Origin: an uncultured Gammaproteobacteria bacterium
Lineage (GTDB): Bacteria; Patescibacteriota; Microgenomatia; UBA1406; GWC2-37-13
Assembly: GCA_964488545.1 (NCBI GenBank)
Contig: CAZAUL010000001.1
Span: 54,955-118,954, forward strand
Length of the DNA: 64,000 nt
Direction: 5' to 3'
A program made the position numbers and the translations under genes. The notes beneath the pieces are model-generated. The model was not told the DNA's origin, did not search any database, and saw nothing but the letters and a program-made list of their open reading frames with translations. Positions 27,410 to 37,196 of this stretch are shown here, one piece after another (position 1 is the stretch's first letter; each line of letters starts with the position of its first letter).

Positions 27410-28240
27410 ATGCATACTCCAGTCATGCTCGAAACAGTCATGCAGGCACTTGATGTCAAAAAGGGTGGTCTCTACATTGATGCAACACTTGGAGAAGGCG
27501 GACACACAAAAGCACTACTTGAACGCCATGCGCGAGTTCTTGCAATTGATCGTGACCCGTACCAAGTTGCAACACAACAGGGTAGACTGCACAGCCCACT
27601 TCTCACTATTACTCCTGGAAACTTTGCAGACATCGAAAGAATTGCGTCATCCCATGGGTTTCTCCATGCAGATGGGGTCTTGTTTGATTTGGGTCTTTCA
27701 TTTGGTCAGTTAAAAGAAGGAAAACGAGGGCTTTCGTTTAAGAATGATAATGAAGAATTAGATATGCGTCTTGATAACGACGTAGATCGTGACGCATCTC
27801 AAATACTGCGTCAATATTCACACGAAGCATTGGTTCGGGTATTTATGGAGAATGCTGAAGAAATCCAGGCGGAAAAAATTGTTACCGTGATTGAGGATAG
27901 GCGACGCGGCAAAAGAATGCTTACCGTGCAGTGGTTGCGTGATTGTATACATGCTGCCGGCGTATCTGACCCAAAGCGTTCAATTGCTCGTGTTTTTCAA
28001 GCACTTCGAATAGAAGTAAATGACGAATTTAACAATCTAAAAAAAGGCTTAGCGGGAGCTATAAACACAATTAACAAAAACGGACTAGTAGCAGTTATAA
28101 GTTTTCATTCGCTTGAAGATCGTATAGTAAAACAGTTTATACGATCGCATGGGCTTACTCAAACAACAAAAAAACCGCTAAAAGGCGACGAACACATGTC
28201 GTTTGAGAGGTCTGCGGTGCTGAGAGTTTTTCACCTATGA
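27410..28240 (+). CDS. rsmH: 16S rRNA (cytosine1402-N4)-methyltransferase RsmH
   Basis: HTPVMLETV...DATLGEGGHTKALL, DLGLSFGQL, and FHSLEDRIVK. Confidence 0.95.
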   Translation: MHTPVMLETVMQALDVKKGGLYIDATLGEGGHTKALLERHARVLAIDRDPYQVATQQGRLHSPLLTITPGNFADIERIASSHGFLHADGVLFDLGLSFGQLKEGKRGLSFKNDNEELDMRLDNDVDRDASQILRQYSHEALVRVFMENAEEIQAEKIVTVIEDRRRGKRMLTVQWLRDCIHAAGVSDPKRSIARVFQALRIEVNDEFNNLKKGLAGAINTINKNGLVAVISFHSLEDRIVKQFIRSHGLTQTTKKPLKGDEHMSFERSAVLRVFHL

Positions 28241-28518
28241 AACAGTATATATCTGAAATACTTGGGGTAGTATTTGTCACCGTGCTTATTGCAAATGTTG
28301 TGATATTTGTTTCAAGTATGAAACTGGGAACAGAGATTCACGAATATGAGCAAAAAACGCATATAATAACCCAGGAGAACGTTGCTCTTGAAAAACATTT
28401 GGCAGACGCGGTTTCGTTCAGGTCGCTTGACGTATTTGAGCAAAAGTGGGGATTTAAACACGCCGCAAAACCCGTATACATTGGTGAACTGCAGTTTGCA
28501 TTACTTAATAAGCGGTAA
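28237..28518 (+). CDS. ftsL: FtsL-like cell-division protein
   Basis: 93 aa with a single TM helix and a coiled coil. Sits between rsmH and ftsI. Confidence 0.6.
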   Translation: MKQYISEILGVVFVTVLIANVVIFVSSMKLGTEIHEYEQKTHIITQENVALEKHLADAVSFRSLDVFEQKWGFKHAAKPVYIGELQFALLNKR

Positions 28519-28530
28519 ACAGCAACGTGT

Positions 28531-30186
28531 ATGCCAATTTCTAAACTGAGAGTTTTACTTGCGGGATTTTTATTTGTATTTTCAATAGTTTTACTTCGAC
28601 TTTTTTATATCCAGGTTATTCGGCCGGATGTGCAGAAAGATTATCTAGTTACCCGTAGACTCTATCCTGAACGCGGCAAACTATATGATCGCAACGGCAG
28701 ACCGGTAGTGCTCAACGAGGTATTGTACCGACTTTTTTTTGAACCACACCTGATTGTGGAGAATGAAAAAACAGTCATGAAAGTGGCTGAAATACTTGAC
28801 ATGGAGCAGGCGAGTATTGCAGGAAAAATTGATAAGACGAAAAAATGGGTAGGCGTGACAACCGGCGTGACTCGTGAGGAGCGTGAAAAATTAATACAAA
28901 CCAGACTCCCCGGACTTGGGTTTGATGAAATGTGGAGCAGATACTATCCCGATGCATCACTTGCAGCGCATATTGTTGGTTTTGTTGGTAAAACTGATGA
29001 GGGGCAGGATATTGGGAGGTCCGGAGTAGAAGGTTACTATGAAAAAGAGCTAGCTGGACTTCCGGGTCTTGTCCGGTCTGATGTTGATCCAAGAGGTAAG
29101 CCAATTTTTCTAGGTACACAAGAGCGCATTGACCCTGAGAATGGAAGAAATGTCTACCTTACTATTGACTCCTCAGTCCAGTCAATAGTAAAACGCAAAC
29201 TGAAGGAAGGGCTTGACAAAGCCGACGCGCTTGAGGGGTGTGCAATCGTTGCCAACCCTAACACACTTGAAATTCTCGCAATGAGCTGTGTGCCAGATTA
29301 TGATCCTCAGACTTACTTTACCTTTAGCGATACTTCATTTCGTAATCCCACGATATCTGAGGTGTATGAACCCGGATCAACATTCAAACCGCTTATTTTA
29401 GCCTCTGCAATCGAGTCGGGGGCGGTAACTGCAACCACGTACTTTAATGAAGATGGTCCGGTAAAAATAGGTGAGTATTCAATCCGTACTTGGAATAACC
29501 AGTATGAAGGGAGAATAACCCTTACCCGCGCACTTGAAAAGTCATCCAATGTGGGAATGGTGTTTATTGGAAAAAAAATGGGAAATGAGGCGGTATTTAG
29601 GACAATTACTACCTATGGATTTGGAGAACCTACTGGTATTGACCTACAGGGTGAAATCGGAGGTTTTATTAAGGCAAAAAACCAGTGGTATCCTATCGAC
29701 TATGCAACCGCTACGTTTGGACAGGGGCTTGCCGTAACTCCACTTCAGATGGTTCGTGCATTTTCCTCCATTATCAATGGAGGAAAATTGCTCAAACCTC
29801 ATGTGGTTTCCGAACTGAGGGGTGAAACAATACAGAAAATAAAACCAGTTGTTCAGGGGAGAACCATTAGCCAGAAAACGAGTGATATTATGAAAAAAAT
29901 ACTCCACTCTACTATTGAAAACGGAGAAACAAAATTTTTAAAACCTGCTGGATATCAAATAGGGGGTAAAACTGGTACGGCTCAAATAGCGCTTGCCGGC
30001 AAGTATGACGATACAAAAACCATTGCATCGTTTATTGGTTTTTCACCTATAAAAAATCCACAGTTTATAGGGTTAGTGGTTGTTAAAGAACCAAAGGCAT
30101 CACAATGGGGATCAGAAACAGCCGCACCAATATTTTTTGAAATCGCAAAAGAGCTTATAGTTTATTATAATATAGCTCCAGAATGA
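28531..30186 (+). CDS. ftsI: Class B penicillin-binding protein (FtsI/PBP2-type transpeptidase)
   Basis: N-terminal TM helix, STFKP active-site motif, SSN and KTGT. Confidence 0.9.
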   Translation: MPISKLRVLLAGFLFVFSIVLLRLFYIQVIRPDVQKDYLVTRRLYPERGKLYDRNGRPVVLNEVLYRLFFEPHLIVENEKTVMKVAEILDMEQASIAGKIDKTKKWVGVTTGVTREEREKLIQTRLPGLGFDEMWSRYYPDASLAAHIVGFVGKTDEGQDIGRSGVEGYYEKELAGLPGLVRSDVDPRGKPIFLGTQERIDPENGRNVYLTIDSSVQSIVKRKLKEGLDKADALEGCAIVANPNTLEILAMSCVPDYDPQTYFTFSDTSFRNPTISEVYEPGSTFKPLILASAIESGAVTATTYFNEDGPVKIGEYSIRTWNNQYEGRITLTRALEKSSNVGMVFIGKKMGNEAVFRTITTYGFGEPTGIDLQGEIGGFIKAKNQWYPIDYATATFGQGLAVTPLQMVRAFSSIINGGKLLKPHVVSELRGETIQKIKPVVQGRTISQKTSDIMKKILHSTIENGETKFLKPAGYQIGGKTGTAQIALAGKYDDTKTIASFIGFSPIKNPQFIGLVVVKEPKASQWGSETAAPIFFEIAKELIVYYNIAPE

Positions 30187-30228
30187 TACAAAATTACAAA
30201 TGACATGTTTCAAATAACAATTGAAATT
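30187..30228 (+). repeat. Period-7 degenerate repeat in the ftsI-murE spacer (TACAAAA TTACAAA TGACATG TTTCAAA TAACAAT TGAAATT)
   Basis: T at heptad position 1 in six consecutive units. AT-rich, so this is weaker than the other loci. Confidence 0.35.
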
Positions 30229-30264
30229 GTATTTACAAAATTCAAAAAATAAATTAATTCAACC

Positions 30265-31452
30265 ATGCTCCAAAAACTAAAGAACATCTATCATCTTGTT
30301 CAGGCGTTGATCGCAAATATACTGTATGGTTTTCCAAGCAGGCACATTAAGGTAATAGGAGTGACCGGCACCGACGGCAAGACAACTACCACTCACCTTG
30401 TGTATCATATACTTACAGCGCTGGGGAAAAAGACTTCGATGATCTCGACCGTGTACGGGAAAGTAGGTGAAAAGGTGTATGATACAGGGCTTCATGTAAC
30501 CACTCCAGATCCATTTATGGTGCAGAAAATGATATATGAGGCGGTGCTTGCAGGACACGAATACTTTGTTTTAGAAACAACATCCCATGCTATTGACCAA
30601 AACAGGATTTGGGGTGTAACGTATGAGGCATCCATAATCACGAATATCACTCATGAACACTTAGATTATCATAAGACAATTGCGGAATATGCAAAAGTAA
30701 AGTGTGAACTCATCAATAGATCATACATAACCGTCGTAAATGCAGATGATGATGTAACTCAATCAACTCTTCAGGCAAATCCACTTTTTTTTCATCGCAA
30801 TGTAAAGTGGTATGGACTAAAAAACAAAGCAGACTATATGTATGATTTTGGTCGGGACTATCCTAAATTGGCAGAGTTTAATAAATATAACTATCTTTCT
30901 GTCTATGCGCTATGTATGGAGCTGGGTTTTGCAGATGGCGAAGTAAAAAAACATTTTAAAACATATACATTACCACAAGGACGAGTAGATGTGGTATATG
31001 ATGGTGAGTTTATCGTGATTGTTGATTTTGCGCATACACCAAATGCAATTCGTCGCATATTATCTGCAGTGCGAACTACATACTTATCACCTGGAGGAAA
31101 GCTATATCACGTTTTCGGTTCTGCAGGACTGAGAGATGCATCAAAACGGCCAGATATGGGCAAAGCCAGTGCAGAATATGCAGACTATTCAATTATCACT
31201 GAAGAGGATTATCGAACCGAGGACCCAATAGTCATTAGTAAAGCCATTGCTACGGGGTTTCATGGAACGCATAAGCCGTTTATTATCGATACCAATCGTG
31301 AATCGGCAGTTTCGAAGGCTGTTCAGATGGCAAAAAAAGGCGATGTAGTTGTTATTACCGGGAAGGGTCACGAGAAAAGTTTATGTAGGGGAAAAACTGA
31401 GTATCCATGGAGTGACACAGAGTGTGTCAAGCGATTACTTAATTTGCAGTAA
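30265..31452 (+). CDS. murE: Mur ligase, MurE-like (short, lacks the N-terminal domain and the canonical DNPR motif)
   Basis: VIGVTGTDGKTTTTHL P-loop and its position in the dcw cluster. TEEDYRTEDP occupies the place of TSDNPRSEDP. Confidence 0.75.
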   Translation: MLQKLKNIYHLVQALIANILYGFPSRHIKVIGVTGTDGKTTTTHLVYHILTALGKKTSMISTVYGKVGEKVYDTGLHVTTPDPFMVQKMIYEAVLAGHEYFVLETTSHAIDQNRIWGVTYEASIITNITHEHLDYHKTIAEYAKVKCELINRSYITVVNADDDVTQSTLQANPLFFHRNVKWYGLKNKADYMYDFGRDYPKLAEFNKYNYLSVYALCMELGFADGEVKKHFKTYTLPQGRVDVVYDGEFIVIVDFAHTPNAIRRILSAVRTTYLSPGGKLYHVFGSAGLRDASKRPDMGKASAEYADYSIITEEDYRTEDPIVISKAIATGFHGTHKPFIIDTNRESAVSKAVQMAKKGDVVVITGKGHEKSLCRGKTEYPWSDTECVKRLLNLQ

Positions 31453-31458
31453 GCCGCT

Positions 31459-32190
31459 ATGAACTATAACCGTGAAACTGAAATTTTTGAGTCGGGGATG
31501 CTTCGTCCTGCAACTGGTGGTTTTACTTCACGACATGCAGGCGATGTTCGTAAAATTCAAACCATCAAGGACTTTCTCCTCAACGAAGACATTCAATATA
31601 AAAAACTGGTGGTACTTGAGCAGATACATAGCGTAAATGTTGGTAGTACAAATACTGATCACGTTGGCGAAGTAGAGCAAATAGCAGAGTGTGATGGTGT
31701 GGTTACGAAGGAAACAGGAGTATGTCTGACAGTGCGTTCTGCAGACTGTGTGCCCATACTATTTTATGATCCAGTTGCAGGGGTAATCGGTGCATCGCAT
31801 CAAGGTTGGAGGGGTACTGTGAAAAACATGGTGGGTAGAATGATCTTGGCAATAGAAAAGATGGGTGGCACAAGGCAAAACACTCTCATGGCTGTGGGTC
31901 CAGCAATTGGTATGTGTTGCTATACCATAGACAGGGATAGATATGTGCTTTTTATGGAGGAAATGGAACGCTTTGAAAAGCTCATCATACGTCCGCATGG
32001 GGATACCTATTACCTTAATCTATTACGGCTAAATTATGAACTCGCTCGTGAAGCTGGGATTGCTTCGGATCACATAGATTTTTCTCCTTTTTGTACGTCA
32101 TGTGACAAGGATAGATTTTTTTCTTTCAGACGGCACAAAACAACAGGCGAGCCGTTTGGTGAGATGATGGGTTATATTATGCTTCCTTAG
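31459..32190 (+). CDS. pgeF: Peptidoglycan editing factor PgeF / YfiH (laccase-domain protein)
   Basis: SADCVPILFYD, HQGWRGT and the CTSC motif. Confidence 0.8.
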   Translation: MNYNRETEIFESGMLRPATGGFTSRHAGDVRKIQTIKDFLLNEDIQYKKLVVLEQIHSVNVGSTNTDHVGEVEQIAECDGVVTKETGVCLTVRSADCVPILFYDPVAGVIGASHQGWRGTVKNMVGRMILAIEKMGGTRQNTLMAVGPAIGMCCYTIDRDRYVLFMEEMERFEKLIIRPHGDTYYLNLLRLNYELAREAGIASDHIDFSPFCTSCDKDRFFSFRRHKTTGEPFGEMMGYIMLP

Positions 32191-32213
32191 ACTCTCCTCG
32201 GGTATAATAGGAT

Positions 32214-34532
32214 ATGGCTTCTATTCAGAGTTCGTATTTTATACTCGGCATTAAGGGTGCGGCGATGGCAAATCTTGCTATCATGCTTGGAGAAATGGGA
32301 AATAAGGTAACTGGAGTTGATGTAGCAGAAGAATTTATCACCGACGAAACACTTAAGCAACACTCAATTTCATATACAACCGACTTTACCGATACCAGCG
32401 GGGTAGATGCAAGTGATATTTTTGTTTATTCTGCCGCACATGGAGGGTTAAAACATCAGCTTGCAGAGTATGCAAAAAGCAAAGGGAAAACCCTCATTTC
32501 GCAGCCTGCACTTCTGGGTGAGATTTTAGCTCAGTTTCCCAAATCAATAGCAGTATCGGGATGCCATGGAAAAACCACCACTTCATCTCTTCTTGCATGG
32601 GCACTCTACAAACTAGGAGTTAATCCGTCTTATATGATTGGCGCCCCACCTCATGCAGGGAGTGGTGGAGGTGCGTTTACTCAATCGGAGTATATGGTAG
32701 TCGAAGCTGATGAGTACGGCGTTCAACCTCCTATCGATAAGACTCCCAAGCTTTTGTTTTTACATCCATCTTATTCTATCTGCACCAACATTGACTTTGA
32801 CCACCCCGATGTATACGAGAGCATAGAGGAAACAAAAAATACATTTCAACAATTTTTCAAACAGTCAAAAAGAATACTGGCATGTGGAGACGATGTTCAT
32901 ATAAAAGATGTGATTGCAAATCTTCCCGATAAGTCTATAGCTACATATGGAACTGGCGACTCTAACAGTTATCAAATACGAAATATCACACAGAATAGCA
33001 ACGGAAGCACTTTTGAACTATGGCAAGAAAAAAAACCACTAGGAACGTTTTCCATTAGTCTTTTTGGCGATAAAAATATTCTGAATGCAGGGGCAGTAGT
33101 CGCATGTCTTTTTGAACATGGATTTGTGACATCTGCAATACAAAAAGCAGTTATTGGGTTTACCGGTGCCAAACGGAGACAAGAACTTGTATGGACAGAT
33201 GATATCTCCTATTTATTTGATGATTATGGCCATCATCCGGTTGAAATTGCAGCCACAGTATTATCGCTCAAGTCACGGTTTCCCAACAAAAAACTTCATA
33301 TAGCATTTCAACCACACACTTACTCCCGTACACTTACCTTTTTGCCTGATTTTGTTCACTCGCTATCCCTTGCTGACGCAACATATGTGCTCCCCATTTT
33401 TGCCTCTGCACGGGAAAATAGTGCCGATTTTAATGTTTCATCGAAGCATTTAGTAGACAAAGCGAAACAGGGGGGAATAACAACTATATCTTCATATTCA
33501 AACAGTCACGAACTACTCGCCTCCTTGAAGGAAAAAGTGCAAAAAGGTGATGTAGTTTTAACGCTTGGGGCTGGGGACATTTATAAGCTCAAAAATGATA
33601 TAATTACCATTCTGAATAGCCTCAATTCACCCCAAGAACATGTCGATCTATTTCCGCATTTAAGTATGCGCATTCATGCTTTTGCGCAGTATTTTTATAT
33701 TGCAAAAACTGAGCAGGATATAGTAAATGCGACGCACTTTGCTAAAAGCAGATCTTTACCTCTTATTATGCTTGGAGGTGGTTCAAACCTTGTATTTAAT
33801 GAGTCAGAGATTAAAGGAGTGGTTGTTAAAAATATGTATTCATCAATAGATATTGTCGGTGATGGTAAGGACTGGAGTGATGTAAAGATTGCATCGGGTA
33901 CGCCTATGTCGATTGCAGTAAATAAGACGGTTACACTTGGTCTTTCTGGCCTCGAGTATCACCGCGGACTTCCTGGCACGGTTGGAGGGGGTATAGCAAT
34001 GAACTCAAAATGGACAAAACCAACAGTATATGTAGGCGATTCTCTTATTTCTGCTCGCATAATGGATAGAGACGGAAACATACAAGAGGTGTCTCGCGAT
34101 TACTTTAAGTTTGCATATGATTATTCTATTGTTCAGGACACCAGAGAAATAGTTCTTAGTGCAGTATTCCGTATGAAAAAGGTAAGCCCACAAGAACTGG
34201 AAAAACGAGCCGAAGACGCTCACACTTATCGGAAACAAACACAACCGATAGGAATAGCAACATGCGGTTGTTTTTTTCAAAATCTCACAGAAGAACAACA
34301 AAAACAAATTGCATCTCCTACAAAATCTGCTGGTTATTTGATTGATCAATGTGGGTTGAAGGGATACTCTGTAGGTGGGTTTTCTGTATCAAAAGTACAT
34401 GCAAACTTTATTGAAAATGATCGCAATGCAACTGCGCGTCCCGAAGACTTGCGGAAGCTCGTTTCAACAATTAAGGATAGGGTTAAAACTAAATTTGGAA
34501 TAGAACTCAAAGAAGAAGTTAAAGTGCTGTAA
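32214..34532 (+). CDS. murC: Bifunctional UDP-N-acetylmuramate--L-alanine ligase / UDP-N-acetylenolpyruvoylglucosamine reductase (MurC::MurB fusion)
   Basis: The N-terminal ~470 aa are MurC (GIKGAAMANLA, SGCHGKTTTSSLL). The C-terminal ~300 aa are MurB (LGGGSNLVF, GLPGTVGGGIAMN, SAGYLIDQCGLKG, VSKVHANFIEN). Confidence 0.9.
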   Translation: MASIQSSYFILGIKGAAMANLAIMLGEMGNKVTGVDVAEEFITDETLKQHSISYTTDFTDTSGVDASDIFVYSAAHGGLKHQLAEYAKSKGKTLISQPALLGEILAQFPKSIAVSGCHGKTTTSSLLAWALYKLGVNPSYMIGAPPHAGSGGGAFTQSEYMVVEADEYGVQPPIDKTPKLLFLHPSYSICTNIDFDHPDVYESIEETKNTFQQFFKQSKRILACGDDVHIKDVIANLPDKSIATYGTGDSNSYQIRNITQNSNGSTFELWQEKKPLGTFSISLFGDKNILNAGAVVACLFEHGFVTSAIQKAVIGFTGAKRRQELVWTDDISYLFDDYGHHPVEIAATVLSLKSRFPNKKLHIAFQPHTYSRTLTFLPDFVHSLSLADATYVLPIFASARENSADFNVSSKHLVDKAKQGGITTISSYSNSHELLASLKEKVQKGDVVLTLGAGDIYKLKNDIITILNSLNSPQEHVDLFPHLSMRIHAFAQYFYIAKTEQDIVNATHFAKSRSLPLIMLGGGSNLVFNESEIKGVVVKNMYSSIDIVGDGKDWSDVKIASGTPMSIAVNKTVTLGLSGLEYHRGLPGTVGGGIAMNSKWTKPTVYVGDSLISARIMDRDGNIQEVSRDYFKFAYDYSIVQDTREIVLSAVFRMKKVSPQELEKRAEDAHTYRKQTQPIGIATCGCFFQNLTEEQQKQIASPTKSAGYLIDQCGLKGYSVGGFSVSKVHANFIENDRNATARPEDLRKLVSTIKDRVKTKFGIELKEEVKVL

Positions 34533-34551
34533 TTACTATTTACTAATCTCT

Positions 34552-35874
34552 ATGGAAGATTCATACATAATACAGGGAGGAAAAATACTTAATGGTTCAG
34601 TAACATTATCAGGAGCAAAAAATGTAGCAACTAAAGCAGTAATTGGAGCATTGCTGATGAAGGGTAAGGTTACACTTCATAATATACCCCGCATAAAGGA
34701 TATTGACGAACTGGTACACCTTATTCAACTGTTGGGTGCAAGAGCCGAGTTTATTTCTGACAACACAATTGAAATAGACGGGTCATCGCTCAAAAGTCAC
34801 ACAGTTGATATGCTACATGGTTCAAAAATTCGCACTTCTTTTTTGCTTTTTGCACCTCTTCTTAAACGATTCGGCGAGGCTCACATACCAAACCCAGGCG
34901 GATGTCGCATCGGAGCAAGGCCCATTGATCGCATTATGAATGGACTTAAGGAACTCGGAGGATTTGTTGAGTATGACCACACAACAGGGTATTATCATGC
35001 GAAACTATCCCAGAAGACAAAGGGCAAGTATGTGTTTGAAAAGCCATCCCACACAGGAACCGAATTTGCCATAATGCTTGCTGTTCATGCAGAAGGCACT
35101 GTAGTGATTGAAAACGCGGCACTTGAACCAGAAATTGATGATCTTATTGCATTTTTTAACGAGGCAGGAGCGCGCATAGTGCGTACCGATTCTACAATTA
35201 CCGTTACTGGCGTTGAAGAGCTTATTCAAACGAAACCGTATACTATACTTTCGGATCGCAATGAAGCTGTAACGTTTGCTGTGCTTGGGCTTATTACAAA
35301 AGGGAGTGTTACCGTTGGACCCATTCGTCCAGAACTGCTTACCCGGTTTATAACAGAGGTAGAAAAAATTGGTGGAGGAGTCGAGAAAACAGATAATTCA
35401 GTTCGCTTTTTCTATAAGCAAGCATTTTTACCATCTCACATTGAGACAGAACCACATCCAGGGTTTATGACAGACTGGCAGCAAAACTGGACTGTACTCA
35501 TGACGCAGGCACAAGGAGTTTCAACTATACATGAACGTGTATTTGAAAACAGGTTCGCATTTGTGTCTGAGCTACAAAAATTGGGTGCAAAAATTGAGTT
35601 TGATACAACACCAGTCGCAGAACCATCTGCATATTATCACTTTAACTACGATCCATCAAAACAATACTCACAAGCGATAAAGATTTACGGACCACAAGTG
35701 CTCCATAACGGAGTGCTTACTGTTACTGATCTTCGAGCAGGCGCAACGCTAGCCATTGCCGCACTTTTGGTGCCAGGCGAATCGGTGGTAAATGGAGTTT
35801 CTATTTTAGAGCGCGGATATGAACGATTTGTAGAAAAGGTTACGGGACTTGGCGGGGATATTAAGAGAGTATAA
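34552..35874 (+). CDS. murA: UDP-N-acetylglucosamine 1-carboxyvinyltransferase MurA
   Basis: SGAKNVATK, the catalytic Cys loop NPGGCRIGARPID, and TDLRAGATL. Confidence 0.95.
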   Translation: MEDSYIIQGGKILNGSVTLSGAKNVATKAVIGALLMKGKVTLHNIPRIKDIDELVHLIQLLGARAEFISDNTIEIDGSSLKSHTVDMLHGSKIRTSFLLFAPLLKRFGEAHIPNPGGCRIGARPIDRIMNGLKELGGFVEYDHTTGYYHAKLSQKTKGKYVFEKPSHTGTEFAIMLAVHAEGTVVIENAALEPEIDDLIAFFNEAGARIVRTDSTITVTGVEELIQTKPYTILSDRNEAVTFAVLGLITKGSVTVGPIRPELLTRFITEVEKIGGGVEKTDNSVRFFYKQAFLPSHIETEPHPGFMTDWQQNWTVLMTQAQGVSTIHERVFENRFAFVSELQKLGAKIEFDTTPVAEPSAYYHFNYDPSKQYSQAIKIYGPQVLHNGVLTVTDLRAGATLAIAALLVPGESVVNGVSILERGYERFVEKVTGLGGDIKRV

Positions 35875-35882
35875 TTAAGTGC

Positions 35883-35917
35883 AGAATTACAAATTACCAA
35901 TTTCAAATTATAAATCA
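35883..35917 (+). repeat. Five tandem degenerate heptamers AGAATTA CAAATTA CCAATTT CAAATTA TAAATCA
   Basis: Read directly from the murA-glmU-like spacer. Confidence 0.5.
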
Positions 35918-35989
35918 AGTTTACCCGATTAACGCATATATGAGTGGTAGGTAGAATTTTGAAATTTGGAATTTTTTTCAAGATACCAT

Positions 35990-37192
35990 ATGGAATTAGA
36001 CACAATTCTGATTTTGGCAGGTGGAGATGGAGACCGGTTTGCTCCATTATCGCACAAGATGACGTACCGGTTTAATGGCAAACCGCTCATCGCACATATT
36101 ATTGAAGGTGTAAAACAGTATGGCAAGAAGGTAGTGGTTGTCAGTAGTGAGGCTAATAGGGCAATGCTTGAAGATTTGCTTGCAGAGTACTCTGTACAGT
36201 TTGCCGTTCAAAAGTCAGATAAAGGTGGGATGGCAGATGCAGTATTGGCTTCAAAACAGTTTATTACGGGAGGCCTACTTCTATTAAATGCAAATGATCT
36301 TTTTGATTTTGCCATTATTCCTCAATTAATAAAGACAACTCAGACCGTCCAGGCAAAGTTTGGGTTCGTGGCGAAGCATATGGAATCATATTTTCCTGGT
36401 GGTTATGTGCAGTTTGAGAATGAAAATCCCGTTGCAATCGTAGAAAAACCCGGAGCAGGGCGAGAGCCATCTCCTTACGTAAGATTAGTTGTCGATTATT
36501 ATCCTGATGGCAACCTCTTTGTAGAAGCATTAGGCGGATTGCAAACATCTGATGATCAGTATGAAACTGCGATGACTAGCGTAATGCAGAAGAATCCATC
36601 AGTCTGCATAAAGTATGAAGGCGACTGGGCCACTCTTAAGTATAGTTGGCATGTACTTGAAATGCAGAACTATGCATTTGGCCATCTTATAAGACCTTCA
36701 ATGAACAAAGGGCAAGAGATTCATCCGACTGCGCAAATAGAGGGAGATGTGTATATGGGGAACGGGGTAAAAGTCGGAGCGTTTGTAAAGATAAGTGGTC
36801 CGTGTTTTATTGGTGATAACTGCGTTATTGGCGATCATTCCTTAATCCGTGAGAGCACATTATGCAATAATGTAGTTGTTGGATCAGGTTGTGAGGTTGC
36901 CAGATCATACTTAAATGAAGGTGTTATGTTGCACCGTAACTATGTCGGCGACTCAGTACTTGGAAGTCGTACCTCAATGGGCGCAGGCGCAGTTACTGCC
37001 AATTTCCGCTTTGATGCCAAGCCAGTCAAGACTCCGGTGAAAGGTACAATGGTTGATACAAACAAAGCTAAATTCGGTCTTATTTCTGGCGATAACGTAA
37101 AGATTGGAGTAAATGCATGCACATTTCCTGGGGTAAAGCTAACTGCCGGGTCAGTTGTGTTGCCGGGAGAAGTAGTACAAAAGGACAAATAA
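35990..37192 (+). CDS. Sugar-phosphate nucleotidyltransferase with a C-terminal left-handed beta-helix (GlmU-like)
   Basis: ILAGGDGDRFAPLS nucleotidyltransferase motif and hexapeptide repeats in the C-terminal third. ATG at 35990 (the track start is TTG at 35966). Confidence 0.6.
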   Translation: MELDTILILAGGDGDRFAPLSHKMTYRFNGKPLIAHIIEGVKQYGKKVVVVSSEANRAMLEDLLAEYSVQFAVQKSDKGGMADAVLASKQFITGGLLLLNANDLFDFAIIPQLIKTTQTVQAKFGFVAKHMESYFPGGYVQFENENPVAIVEKPGAGREPSPYVRLVVDYYPDGNLFVEALGGLQTSDDQYETAMTSVMQKNPSVCIKYEGDWATLKYSWHVLEMQNYAFGHLIRPSMNKGQEIHPTAQIEGDVYMGNGVKVGAFVKISGPCFIGDNCVIGDHSLIRESTLCNNVVVGSGCEVARSYLNEGVMLHRNYVGDSVLGSRTSMGAGAVTANFRFDAKPVKTPVKGTMVDTNKAKFGLISGDNVKIGVNACTFPGVKLTAGSVVLPGEVVQKDK

Positions 37193-37196
37193 CATT

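Noticed and set aside
35897-35969. Imperfect inverted repeat CCAATTTCAAA ... TTTGAAATTTGG spanning the murA-glmU-like gap.
   Set aside because: It is AT-rich, has one bulge and a ~50-nt loop. It partly follows from the repeat composition, so there is not enough evidence for a structured element.
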